From the IMG/VR virus record IMGVR_UViG_3300012009_000259: a stretch of 64,000 nt of DNA; one strand, written 5' to 3'. Shown here one piece after another: positions 46,596 through 56,112 of the stretch. Below the pieces are notes generated by a model that searched no databases, had not been told where the DNA came from, and saw only the letters and a list, made by a program, of their open reading frames with translations. Position 1 is the stretch's first letter. Each line of letters begins with the position of its first letter. Made by a program: the position numbers and the translations under genes. Source of the stretch: an uncultured virus (IMG/VR IMGVR_UViG_3300012009_000259) (lineage: Duplodnaviria; Heunggongvirae; Uroviricota; Caudoviricetes).

Positions 46596-47251
46596 TGCTC
46601 ATTGTAAGCAAAGCTGGAGATGTGGAATATATCTCCCTCGCCGATTGTCACAGGTTTAACCTAATAGGGGCGAATACTATCTCAATGATAGAAGGCACTC
46701 GTTTCTTTACGCCTGCGGTGCTACCTAAAAACGGAACCCACGCTAAAGGTAGGACTATCATCACGAACCAACGTGAAGGGCATCAAACAGATGTTGAGGT
46801 GTGGACGGAGGTCAGGATAACACATAGTGGAGCGGGGCTGTGCCCCATCCAAAAGCCACACCCCTATTACATGGGTTTTGCCATAGGGGAACTGGTGTGG
46901 ACTCCGCAGCGCATTGATCACATGTTTGTGACAGAGCGTGACTTACGCGACCTTTCTCTGATAGAGAGAGTAACAGTAGGGGAGATTATCGTCAAAAGCC
47001 TTATAGGTGGGCACAGAAAAAGTGTATCAATCCGTCCGAGCATACACAGTGGGCTACACCATCTCGGCTTATTTAAGCTCTGTATATCAGAGATTAAAGG
47101 CATCGTTGGGCAGCCAATAGAAGCCGTTGCTGACCGTTTGACAGAAGAAGAGGCCACTGAATCTGCACATGAATGTTATAGGCGGCTCCAGGAAGCGGCT
47201 AGTACAATATCTTGGTATTCCGAGACATACAGGAGGCGACATGCGGAATAA
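46595..47251 (+). CDS. hypothetical protein
   Basis: 218-aa ORF. Confidence 0.6.
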   Translation: MLIVSKAGDVEYISLADCHRFNLIGANTISMIEGTRFFTPAVLPKNGTHAKGRTIITNQREGHQTDVEVWTEVRITHSGAGLCPIQKPHPYYMGFAIGELVWTPQRIDHMFVTERDLRDLSLIERVTVGEIIVKSLIGGHRKSVSIRPSIHSGLHHLGLFKLCISEIKGIVGQPIEAVADRLTEEEATESAHECYRRLQEAASTISWYSETYRRRHAE

Positions 47252-47810
47252 ATACTTAGTGATCTTGTGGGCCTCTTTCCCCTTTGTCATGGGAGATAGA
47301 GAGATACCATACGTAACTATACCGAGGTGGAAACAGGCATCCTTACCCCCGCTTTTCTACAACTTCGCCAAGATGAAGCCTGCGCCCTATATTCTCAGCT
47401 TTGACCCAAGCTCCCGCATTCAAGAGCAGTGCAAGGAACAAGGGGTATCCTTTCACACCATCAATTCTCGCTATCAGGTTCCTACACGCGATAAGGTAAA
47501 TATATTCATGGTGGGGGGGAATCTTGAAAAGAACATAGGGGTTGCAGCGAGCCACAGGGATGCTATACGTAGTATCAGCGACCCAGACAAGATGCACATG
47601 ATACGCGAGGTATGCTCTGTAGCTCAACGTGAGACTACTATCACGTATGCCCTCTTCGAAGATAGAGAGGTTAGAAAGGAGATGAGGGAATTCACCAGGG
47701 AGCCGTCTTACGACCTGTTCCCCCGTGGATACAGGACATTGTTGAAGAGGGCGATGAACTGTGCCTACGACGTTTGCTGGCCTTGGTACAGGCAGTTTGA
47801 CATCAGTTGA
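47241..47810 (+). CDS. hypothetical protein
   Basis: aggagg RBS before MRNKY. Confidence 0.6.
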   Translation: MRNKYLVILWASFPFVMGDREIPYVTIPRWKQASLPPLFYNFAKMKPAPYILSFDPSSRIQEQCKEQGVSFHTINSRYQVPTRDKVNIFMVGGNLEKNIGVAASHRDAIRSISDPDKMHMIREVCSVAQRETTITYALFEDREVRKEMREFTREPSYDLFPRGYRTLLKRAMNCAYDVCWPWYRQFDIS

Positions 47811-47974
47811 CACGATATAGGAGGATGGATAATGGCAAGCACACGAAAAAGAACAAAGTATCTAATCCTCTCCAAGACTAAAATGGGGTAACCAAGTGGG
47901 GAGTAACCGCTACTTGGTTGGAAAAATATACATATATGCACGGTTGGGTGGCAGTTAGATGGCTCTAGGGTGCT

Positions 47975-48883
47975 TTGATGGCTAATGCTAGAGGTATAAT
48001 ATATCAGGCCGATGCACGCTGTATGCCGGAAGTATCTAGGCAGAGTGTATCCCTGGTGGTAACCTCCCCTCCCTATTATGATATTAAGGACTACAAGAGT
48101 GATGAACAGATAGGGTTTGGTCAATCCCTACACCATTACCTGCGTGACTTGTATCGTGTATGGCGGGAGTGCCATAGGGTGCTGCTACCTGGAGCGCGTA
48201 TGTGTATAAACATCGGAGATCAGTTTACGCGCACCAGAGATTTTGGACGCTACAAAGTGCTTCCGCTACATGCCGAGGTAATTACTCAAGCAGAGCATAT
48301 TGGCTTTGACTATATGGGCTCAATTATCTGGCAGAAGAAGACCACCATGAACACATCTGGCGGTGCTTCTATTATGGGCTCTTATCCACACCCACCCAAC
48401 GGCATTGTCGAGATTGACTATGAGTTCATCCTGCTCTTCAAGAAGCGGGGGAAAAGAAGCATCCCACGCGAGAAGAGAGATAAAGCAAAGATGACCAAAG
48501 CAGAGTGGAAAGAATACTTTTCTGGACACTGGTTATTTAGGGGTAAAAGGCAGGGAGCACATGGGGCTGCTTTTCCGAGGGAGTTGCCCTACCGCTTAAT
48601 AAGAATGTTCACTGTTAATGGGGACAAGGTGCTTGACCCCTTTCTCGGTACAGGGACAACTATGCAGGCAGCATTATCGTGCGCCAGAGAGGCGATAGGC
48701 TACGAAATCAACCCCGACTATATCTCCATCATCGAAGAAGAGACCCTGAAGGCGGGGGGTGGTCTAATGCAGATTTACGACTACGAGGTAGTAGAACCCC
48801 CACGAGAGGCGAGAAAAATCTTACCCGACAAAAATATCTCGTATCAACCCCAGATACAAGAGGTTAAGAAGGGAGAGCGATAG
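47975..48883 (+). CDS. site-specific DNA methyltransferase (beta class, N4-C/N6-A), apparently orphan
   Basis: VTSPPY (motif IV) precedes VLDPFLGTGTT (motif I); HGAAFP. Confidence 0.92.
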   Translation: MMANARGIIYQADARCMPEVSRQSVSLVVTSPPYYDIKDYKSDEQIGFGQSLHHYLRDLYRVWRECHRVLLPGARMCINIGDQFTRTRDFGRYKVLPLHAEVITQAEHIGFDYMGSIIWQKKTTMNTSGGASIMGSYPHPPNGIVEIDYEFILLFKKRGKRSIPREKRDKAKMTKAEWKEYFSGHWLFRGKRQGAHGAAFPRELPYRLIRMFTVNGDKVLDPFLGTGTTMQAALSCAREAIGYEINPDYISIIEEETLKAGGGLMQIYDYEVVEPPREARKILPDKNISYQPQIQEVKKGER

Positions 48884-49595
48884 GATTGGGAACCCCCGCT
48901 ACACTCTCACTGCTCCTGTCCATCAGGACTGAAACAATTCTATTATTATCCACTGTGTACCCCTTGTTCAGGATAATGCGATTATTGCAAACCTGCAACA
49001 AATCACTACTATGTTCTAAACAGGCACTCTTTCCGAATATGCTGGCAAGTAAGATGCGCTGCTGCTCTTTGGTCAGAGAGCGTGCCTCCCTAATCGCACG
49101 CCCCATCTTACTCGTAGGCGGAGTGCGTATCGACTGACTCCAATAATATCGTGGAGGATTACCGTTATTCCATAGATAACTGAATAATCCGAATGCTGCC
49201 TTTACTAAAGCAGACATATCTGGTTTGCTCCAAATGTGTAGATTAGCATTCATCGAGTCAGGGAAGAAGAAACCTTTAGCCCCCCTCTCGCCTGGGAGGT
49301 CTATTATCAAACACACCCGTTTAGACAGGCTAAACTCGATCATCTGCCCATCGCTGCGCATTATCTTTCCCCTCTTTACTCTGAAAACCACATTGTGGGG
49401 TGTGAACTTAACTAAGCCGTCAGACGACAGGGTAGCAGTAAACTCACTAGAAATAGATAGTGTAGGAGACTTAATAACGCCTCTAAATTTATCCCCTATG
49501 TGCAAGCGCAAAGTCCCCCGATCTTCCTCTACTAGCGCGGGCGGGGGTATTATGTCATTCACCCTGATACGTCTGAAAAACCTAAAGGTAAACAT
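48864..49595 (-). CDS. hypothetical protein
   Basis: 243-aa ORF. Confidence 0.6.
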   Translation of the reverse strand: MFTFRFFRRIRVNDIIPPPALVEEDRGTLRLHIGDKFRGVIKSPTLSISSEFTATLSSDGLVKFTPHNVVFRVKRGKIMRSDGQMIEFSLSKRVCLIIDLPGERGAKGFFFPDSMNANLHIWSKPDMSALVKAAFGLFSYLWNNGNPPRYYWSQSIRTPPTSKMGRAIREARSLTKEQQRILLASIFGKSACLEHSSDLLQVCNNRIILNKGYTVDNNRIVSVLMDRSSESVAGVPNPIALPS

Positions 49596-50336
49596 CTACC
49601 CCTTTTGATGTGTTGCTCTTTTCAGGGCAAGGGAAAAGCCCTCTCCCCAGTGAGCCTTGCCGATCTGAGCAAAACGAGCGTTCATAAGAACGGTGGCCCC
49701 TTCACTATCTCCCCCTGCGCCACTTACTATCTCCGACATCTCATCAACTACCTTTATTACCTCACCCACTTCCCTCCCCATATTTAACATCAGTGTATTA
49801 ACCAGCCGATTTGAGCAAATCTGGACAGTATAAGGTTGATCTGTGTTTATAGTGTTATGGGTGAATAAGGCAACCCTGTTCACATTCAAAAGAAGGTGGG
49901 CGATGACATAGCACTCCCAGTCAATGCCCAGGTAATCGAGTATAGATAAGGCAATCCGATCATCAGGCCCCCTCATGCTCTGCATGTTATTGAACGTATC
50001 AGACCCCCTACCACGCTTCAACATGCTTGGGAAAAGCTCTGTTCTCGAACCGTTGGCCTTACTTTTATTTACCTGAGCAACGTGCATTGTTTTCTCAGAG
50101 ATTATCCTAGGAGAATCTATAGCATACCCATTTGCATGTATTTCTCTCAGCGAATCTATAGCATTCTGGTTGTGCGAGGCAAGACCACACATAAAGAGCA
50201 AAGTAGATTCTTTTAACAAGACTTGTTTCCCTACCACCGAGGGTCTCATTGTACAACCTCTTTTATCATCGACTGCTCTGCCATAATACCTGTAATCAGG
50301 ACATGGGCGGGGTAAGCCCCCAATGAAGTTATCCAA
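49596..50336 (-). CDS. hypothetical protein (start probably at MRPSV, near 50249)
   Basis: ORF coupled to the upstream gene. Confidence 0.6.
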   Translation of the reverse strand: MDNFIGGLPRPCPDYRYYGRAVDDKRGCTMRPSVVGKQVLLKESTLLFMCGLASHNQNAIDSLREIHANGYAIDSPRIISEKTMHVAQVNKSKANGSRTELFPSMLKRGRGSDTFNNMQSMRGPDDRIALSILDYLGIDWECYVIAHLLLNVNRVALFTHNTINTDQPYTVQICSNRLVNTLMLNMGREVGEVIKVVDEMSEIVSGAGGDSEGATVLMNARFAQIGKAHWGEGFSLALKRATHQKG

Positions 50337-50929
50337 ATCCTGTCACCATAGGCAGTGTTCATCCACATACCATCATTACCATTATACCCGTTGACAACAT
50401 AGGCGGACTCGTCTACCTTGGTCTCTGTCCCAGGGCCTGAGTTATAGTACAGGTAGCATTCCTGGATTACACTATCCTCTGTTGTGCCAAACCTAATATC
50501 GGGACAGTAAGACTTAAACGTCTTTGTCCCCATCCGTAGCTGCGATTCGACGGTTGGCACATCTGCATACAGACTCGGAAAACATCTCTCGCTATGCTTA
50601 TAATAGGAGTGCATTCCCATCAGCCCTTCGCAGTTGTCAGGAGATGTGCGGCTTAGACTATTCTCCTTAAACCATAGGGTTAAGGGCACAGCGGGGGGTA
50701 CGTCTTCTTCCTCCGCGATGCGCAAAGCAGTCTCGGTAAATCGCCTTATTACTTGCCTCTGCCGGTCAGATATATGACCGTCCACATGCCCAAAGAGCAT
50801 GGATTGGTACATGACTTCTCTGTGCTTGTAATCAAGACTTGAAAACTCACCGGATATAGGTCGGGCCATTACATCTACTGGGATAACCAATAGAGCTATC
50901 GCAAATAATATCAAGCACTTTCTACTCAT
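50246..50929 (-). CDS. secreted protein with a lysozyme/SLT-like pattern
   Basis: signal peptide; VPPAVPLTLWFKENS, GLMG and YNSG resemble lytic transglycosylase motifs. Confidence 0.55.
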   Translation of the reverse strand: MSRKCLILFAIALLVIPVDVMARPISGEFSSLDYKHREVMYQSMLFGHVDGHISDRQRQVIRRFTETALRIAEEEDVPPAVPLTLWFKENSLSRTSPDNCEGLMGMHSYYKHSERCFPSLYADVPTVESQLRMGTKTFKSYCPDIRFGTTEDSVIQECYLYYNSGPGTETKVDESAYVVNGYNGNDGMWMNTAYGDRIWITSLGAYPAHVLITGIMAEQSMIKEVVQ

Positions 50930-51031
50930 ATAACCTCCGTTGCTATATGATATTATAAGCGAAAGAAACTCATAAGGTGTTACTATTTTTTAGAGCAGAT
51001 ATAATACACCACACAGCAAAAGGAGTTTTTC

Positions 51032-51721
51032 ATGCCATTGAAGATGATACCCCTAAGAGAGGACAGAGACCTTCGACAAGAAGCAGTTGACGAGTACGGA
51101 GGCAGAGGAGAAATCAGTGGGCTGCGTTTTTATGAAGCCCCAGGACAACATCCAGTCACCTATTATAGGGTAACACCCACCGACGTAGGTAAGTTCTCTA
51201 AGAACTACCATAAAGCAATTAGGATGAGTTTAGGGATCACAGAACTGCCTCACGTCTGGTGCCACGACATAAGGGGGGGAGGTTACATACTGCAATACCA
51301 GGAGGTAACTGCGGATAACGTGTTTGTGGCAGGCAGCACGCCGAATTTCGGCAGGTTTACTACAGCATGGGTAGATGCCAAACATCCACTAGAACATGTC
51401 TTTCTTTTTGATGGCCCTGCGGGAGTAGGCTTTCGGGGTTTTGTAACGCCCCAGGAAAAAGAAGTCCTAGAAGCCTACATGAAACAGGTAACGATAAAGA
51501 TGGCGGGCTATATCAACCCTCATTACTTGCAGAGGAGGGGGGTTAAATTACTAACCCCGCAAATCATTCGCCTCATATTAAGCGATAGGTGGATTGGCGG
51601 TGAGGTCGATACCTGGAGAAACAGATGGCACAAGTTATTTGCTGATAGGGATGAGCCCATAGTTAGTTCACACTGGAAAGACATCAAGAAAGTGGCTAAA
51701 ATATCTAGCGCAATGCAGTAA
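51032..51721 (+). CDS. hypothetical protein
   Basis: 229-aa ORF after TATAAT and aaggag. Confidence 0.7.
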   Translation: MPLKMIPLREDRDLRQEAVDEYGGRGEISGLRFYEAPGQHPVTYYRVTPTDVGKFSKNYHKAIRMSLGITELPHVWCHDIRGGGYILQYQEVTADNVFVAGSTPNFGRFTTAWVDAKHPLEHVFLFDGPAGVGFRGFVTPQEKEVLEAYMKQVTIKMAGYINPHYLQRRGVKLLTPQIIRLILSDRWIGGEVDTWRNRWHKLFADRDEPIVSSHWKDIKKVAKISSAMQ

Positions 51722-51781
51722 CCCCACCCTTCCCGATTTGCTTCAGTATAATGCTAGGTAAATTTACAGAGGAGGCGGAAG

Positions 51782-52867
51782 ATGCTGGATGCTGTGGGGG
51801 TTGTAGTCTCTTATACAGTCTTACTAATTCCTGTGGTAATTCTTCACGAGGTGGGGCATTTGTTAGCGGCGAAGGTCACAGGAACATGGGTACGAGAGTT
51901 CGGCCTTGGGTTAAGACCAAGGATTCTAAAACTTTTCAAATGGGGGGAGACAGTGTTCTCATTAAATGCACTGCTCCCGCTTGGGGGTTTTTGTGATATG
52001 ACAGCAGAAGAGGGCGAAGAGCCCCCTAATGGTCTGACATCAATGGATGAACAACCCCCTCTTACCCGCATCATAGTAGTTGCTGCTGGCCCGTTACTTA
52101 ACCTCGCCCTAGCTTTTCTATTAGCAATAGGGCTATTCATGGTCGGCACCCCTCAAATAGAGAAGTCAGACATATTCATTACAAGTGTGGTGCCCGACTC
52201 GCCAGCAAGCGACTTAGGTCTTGAAACAGGCGACGAGATAGTTAGCATTAACGGAGTCGAGATTGACACCCCAGGTATATTAGCGAGAGAGATTCAGAAG
52301 GGGGGCGACCTAGACCTTAGATACATACAGGAAGAAGGGGGTGTGAAGGAGGGGGTCACCTCCCCAAACGATGAGGGGCTAATCGGAATAAGGTTCGAGG
52401 CGAGGAATGTAGAAATATCTATGAAGCCTCGGCGGTTCTTAGAAGCAACTAGAGCAGGAACCTTCTACTTCTTGCGAATGGTAAAGCGCATCGTGCTTCT
52501 GCCCGTAATTGTCGTCCAGGACAACTCTGAAAGCCTTTCTTTCCAGGGGTTATGGAGTGTAGGTAAATCCTCTCAAGATGTAATACAGGAGAGTGTAGAG
52601 CGTAACACTCTCTACCCCCTCTTTCTTTTCGCTTTTGTTATCAACGCGGGGCTTGGGGTGCTGAACTTGTATCCTATCCCTGCTCTTGATGGTGGTCACG
52701 TCATGTTCGCCCTGGTGGAGATAATACGCGGTGGCAAACGTGTGAACAGGAAAACAGAAACCATTATTACACGCGCTTTCTATTATGCGGTCATCGCGTT
52801 GAGCATCTGGCTCACGGTGAGAGACTTCATTGTAGGTACGCAGGAAATCAATTTATTCCCAGGATAA
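51782..52867 (+). CDS. rseP: M50-family RIP zinc metalloprotease with PDZ domain (RseP-like)
   Basis: HEVGH, LPLGGF, AAGPLLN, PDZ (PDSPA..GD.IVSING), NLYPIPALDGG. Confidence 0.92.
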   Translation: MLDAVGVVVSYTVLLIPVVILHEVGHLLAAKVTGTWVREFGLGLRPRILKLFKWGETVFSLNALLPLGGFCDMTAEEGEEPPNGLTSMDEQPPLTRIIVVAAGPLLNLALAFLLAIGLFMVGTPQIEKSDIFITSVVPDSPASDLGLETGDEIVSINGVEIDTPGILAREIQKGGDLDLRYIQEEGGVKEGVTSPNDEGLIGIRFEARNVEISMKPRRFLEATRAGTFYFLRMVKRIVLLPVIVVQDNSESLSFQGLWSVGKSSQDVIQESVERNTLYPLFLFAFVINAGLGVLNLYPIPALDGGHVMFALVEIIRGGKRVNRKTETIITRAFYYAVIALSIWLTVRDFIVGTQEINLFPG

Positions 52868-52880
52868 GAAGGAAGAGCAC

Positions 52881-53537
52881 ATGAACGCACAGCGAAAAAA
52901 CCCTATCCCCGCAGATATGTGGGTGATTAAAGAAATGTTTGACATTGTGGGGGGTTACCGACAGCCTCCCCCCGACTTAGACCTTTGGGTGTTGGGAAGC
53001 CAGGGAGATCGCACCACTGGCATTCCTTCAGTAGAGCTAATCGTGCTGAAGGATAAAGGCATGACTACCAAGAGATTCGAAGAGTATTGCATATCGCCAG
53101 CAGGTCGAGAGAGGATACGGATTGAGGCCACAAAGAACTACCCTGATTCATTTGATTATTGGGGCGGTTTCAACGCTGAGATTCAGAACCCAGTTGTTGA
53201 CCTTTTCAAGGCGTGCCCCGAAAGGGTTCGCACCCCCGCTACGATAATTGGGACTGAATTCAAACCACATCTTTATAGGTGGCCTAAAGCATTCTTGGTG
53301 TGTGATACAATTGCCATAGCGTATCGGGAGTCCAAACAGGCAAGCACATCCAAGGTCGTAGAGGATATGATCAGTGTAGCATTGCCAGGCTTTAGCCCCA
53401 CTGACACCAATAAGGCCAAACAAACCTTTGGGGGGGCAATACGTCTTTATAGGCTGAGGGATGTGGTTCGGCTTCCTGAGAACTGGCATCTTCTTAATTT
53501 TGCCAACTTTGACAAGATGGCTAGCCGCCTCTGGTAA
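52881..53537 (+). CDS. hypothetical protein
   Basis: 218-aa ORF. Confidence 0.65.
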   Translation: MNAQRKNPIPADMWVIKEMFDIVGGYRQPPPDLDLWVLGSQGDRTTGIPSVELIVLKDKGMTTKRFEEYCISPAGRERIRIEATKNYPDSFDYWGGFNAEIQNPVVDLFKACPERVRTPATIIGTEFKPHLYRWPKAFLVCDTIAIAYRESKQASTSKVVEDMISVALPGFSPTDTNKAKQTFGGAIRLYRLRDVVRLPENWHLLNFANFDKMASRLW

Positions 53538-53553
53538 CATAACCACAAAGCAA

Positions 53554-53578
53554 AACGCCCCCTGTGGTAGGGGGCGTT
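53554..53578. terminator. hairpin terminator between convergent genes
   Basis: aacgccccct / agggggcgtt. Confidence 0.6.
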
Positions 53579-53594
53579 CTGTCCTCAACTCCTA

Positions 53595-54260
53595 TCACCT
53601 CAGATCATCAATAATCTGGTACCACTTCCCCCACAGCACCCTGTCCTTGTATTTGAATCCTGTGATGGGCAGATTTATCCACCTAAAATGTTCGGTGGGG
53701 CTCTTGATCTTAATGTTGTCAACTTTTCCGATCACTTGCACAGTAAGGTTATGTGCAGCGGCAAACTGAAAAGTTCTGTCCATATACTTCCTGAAGGTTA
53801 CTGTGGTATCGTGGAACATCTCCTCCAGGATAAGTATACTGTCACCACGTTGGCGGCTCACCATGCTTATCGCAGATGAAGAGGCATACGCTACCGCAGA
53901 CAATACTACTCCCACGTCTGTAACGGCCTCATAGAGGCCGACCTCGGCAAACACCTTCTTATTTTTTGTCGGGCTTAAGATTATGTACCTACCTTCGGCC
54001 CCTGCATATCCTACGGCGTTGCCTCCCCACTCAATAGTCCTCTTAGGGGGGGCTTCGTGGGTTAATTCTATAACTTGTTTAAGTCCCTTAACCCTAACGG
54101 TCTTTTCGTCAACCCGCTCTGCAATTGCGAGATTCACTCTTGTTTGGGGGAGAGATACACGAACCCGACCCTCTTTTTCTTTCACAACTAGTCGTAAATC
54201 ATTGAGAAAGAAGTTATCATAGATCGCTGTTGACGTATTTAAGTCTACAAATGCCTCCAT
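53595..54260 (-). CDS. hypothetical protein, paralog of 54294-55007
   Basis: shared AVAYA..EE..WGKW pattern. Confidence 0.7.
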   Translation of the reverse strand: MEAFVDLNTSTAIYDNFFLNDLRLVVKEKEGRVRVSLPQTRVNLAIAERVDEKTVRVKGLKQVIELTHEAPPKRTIEWGGNAVGYAGAEGRYIILSPTKNKKVFAEVGLYEAVTDVGVVLSAVAYASSSAISMVSRQRGDSILILEEMFHDTTVTFRKYMDRTFQFAAAHNLTVQVIGKVDNIKIKSPTEHFRWINLPITGFKYKDRVLWGKWYQIIDDLR

Positions 54261-54293
54261 TGAAGCCTCCTGAGTTTTACGATCTTGGTTTTG

Positions 54294-55007
54294 TTAATCA
54301 ACCTGCTTTCTCCAGGTTTTATCCGAGAGAGCCCATCGCCCCCAAATAGTCGTTCTACCTATTCTAACTGCCGAGAAAGGTAACTTCTGAATGGCACACA
54401 TAGCGTCCGCCTTCTTATCGTCGGGGAGATCATCTTCTCGCACCTGCACTTTTAAGTCGCAACTCCCTTCATAGACGAGAAGAGGGTTCCCCCCCACCAT
54501 TATGCGCTTATCATATTCTACTATCTGCCCGTACAGTATCTCTTCCACAACCCTGTGCGTGTATGCGTTTATTGACCAGGTATATTCCATAATTGTGTTG
54601 GTTGCGTAGGCTGCTACTGTTGCAACAGCCCTCACTTCATCCTCAAGGAGGTCTTTTAGAGCAACCACGGCACATCTCTCACCGAGTGCAGATGTCTTAT
54701 AGATCATCACCATTTGGTCTTCAGTCACAGGGGCGTAGTAATCTCCCCTGCGCCACACAACATGGTCTTGTTCCTTGAGATACCTTACTGGCACCGCTCT
54801 GCTGGCGCTCACTCTGTTATCTACAAAGTAGTGATCTACTCCCACGTGGAGGTAAGACACACACATCTCCGTTCGTGGCAGGACAACCATAAGATTTTCA
54901 CCGTCTTCGTCTATGCTCGCGCAAAGGTCATTGTTTCGGAATGTGCCCCTGGGAAGTCCTGTCACGTGGTTTAGATCAATATGTAAAACGGCTACCTGTC
55001 TGCCCAC
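54294..55007 (-). CDS. hypothetical protein, paralog of 53595-54260
   Basis: AAYA..EE..WGRW; aggaggt RBS. Confidence 0.7.
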   Translation of the reverse strand: MGRQVAVLHIDLNHVTGLPRGTFRNNDLCASIDEDGENLMVVLPRTEMCVSYLHVGVDHYFVDNRVSASRAVPVRYLKEQDHVVWRRGDYYAPVTEDQMVMIYKTSALGERCAVVALKDLLEDEVRAVATVAAYATNTIMEYTWSINAYTHRVVEEILYGQIVEYDKRIMVGGNPLLVYEGSCDLKVQVREDDLPDDKKADAMCAIQKLPFSAVRIGRTTIWGRWALSDKTWRKQVD

Positions 55008-55091
55008 CTCTCACCTCCTATATGTTGCCTTTTGTCATTATACGCTCTGCCGCAAGAAAGTGTGGCCCACCCTTAATGCAAATACTTGTGT

Positions 55092-55186
55092 TTAGTTGGG
55101 GGGATGGGGGGGTATTTCAGAAAGTCGAAAAGTTTTTACTCCCAACTAAAATACTTTCTGGAAATACCCCCCATCCCCCCAACTAA
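55092..55186 (+). repeat. ~95-bp dispersed palindromic element
   Basis: same arms as 32761, spacer in the opposite orientation. Confidence 0.95.
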
Positions 55187-55243
55187 CACCCACCCGAAGA
55201 ATACGCCATATAATACAGTATACTCACCACAAAAAGGGGGGCT

Positions 55244-55462
55244 ATGGATAAGAGAAAAATACTGAACATAGTTTCTGCTATCATCATTTTGATCTCGTGT
55301 GCTATGATTTTCCGAAACGCCCTGATGTTTAGGGTAGAGATCAGCAGGGGTTTCAGGCAGGACATCGCATATTACTTACTCATGTTTGTAGGGGGGTTAG
55401 GTTTTATGCTGTCTAGCGAATTTATCCTCTGCAAAAAAGACACAAAAGGATTAAGAGAGTGA
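55244..55462 (+). CDS. small two-TM membrane protein
   Basis: 72-aa ORF with two hydrophobic helices. Confidence 0.6.
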   Translation: MDKRKILNIVSAIIILISCAMIFRNALMFRVEISRGFRQDIAYYLLMFVGGLGFMLSSEFILCKKDTKGLRE

Positions 55463-55477
55463 GACACGCTCTACTAC

Positions 55478-55939
55478 CTATTGACTCTCATACCCCTCTT
55501 TCATGGCGAGCATAAGTAGTTCGTCGTAGGGGTTATCAGGGTCTACGCCCATCACCTTCCAGCATTGTCTAGGGGCATGGTTTAACAAGTATCTCAGAAT
55601 AGCCCCTGAAGCATATCCACGTTGCCATTCTGCCATCTTACTGACTACTAGCGAGCCTTCAACGTAGAACCCCATGCTTGAACCAGATTCTACCATATAT
55701 GTTACACTCCCGACATAGGGGATTCCTTTATAAACATGTAGGTAGATATACTTAACTTCTCGGCCAGCACTGTTTGGCAGGTCAACGGCTTTCAGTAGTA
55801 TCCACTCTCCTAGCCTATCACAACTCTCAAGATGTCTAAGAGTATTTAGCCCCCCTCTGATACTGTTATCCAGGTGGCTCTGCAAGTCATTTGTTAAGCG
55901 ACGAATAACATCCACAATTCTCCTCCTCTTTTTATTCAC
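55478..55939 (-). CDS. hypothetical protein
   Basis: 153-aa ORF. Confidence 0.6.
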   Translation of the reverse strand: MNKKRRRIVDVIRRLTNDLQSHLDNSIRGGLNTLRHLESCDRLGEWILLKAVDLPNSAGREVKYIYLHVYKGIPYVGSVTYMVESGSSMGFYVEGSLVVSKMAEWQRGYASGAILRYLLNHAPRQCWKVMGVDPDNPYDELLMLAMKEGYESQ

Positions 55940-55975
55940 TATTTTTATATACGCACGACCCCCCTGTTAAGAAAG

Positions 55976-56070
55976 TAGGTTGGGGGGATGGGGGGCATTT
56001 TCAGAAAGTAATTTAGTTGGGAGCAAAAACTTTTTTACTTTCCAGAATACCCCCCCATCCCCCCAACTAA
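55976..56070 (-). repeat. ~95-bp dispersed palindromic element
   Basis: spacer aatttagttgggagcaaaaactttt shared with the 32761 copy. Confidence 0.95.
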
Positions 56071-56112
56071 CTTCTATTTATCGACAGTATAATTTCGTAG
56101 AGCACAACAGTC

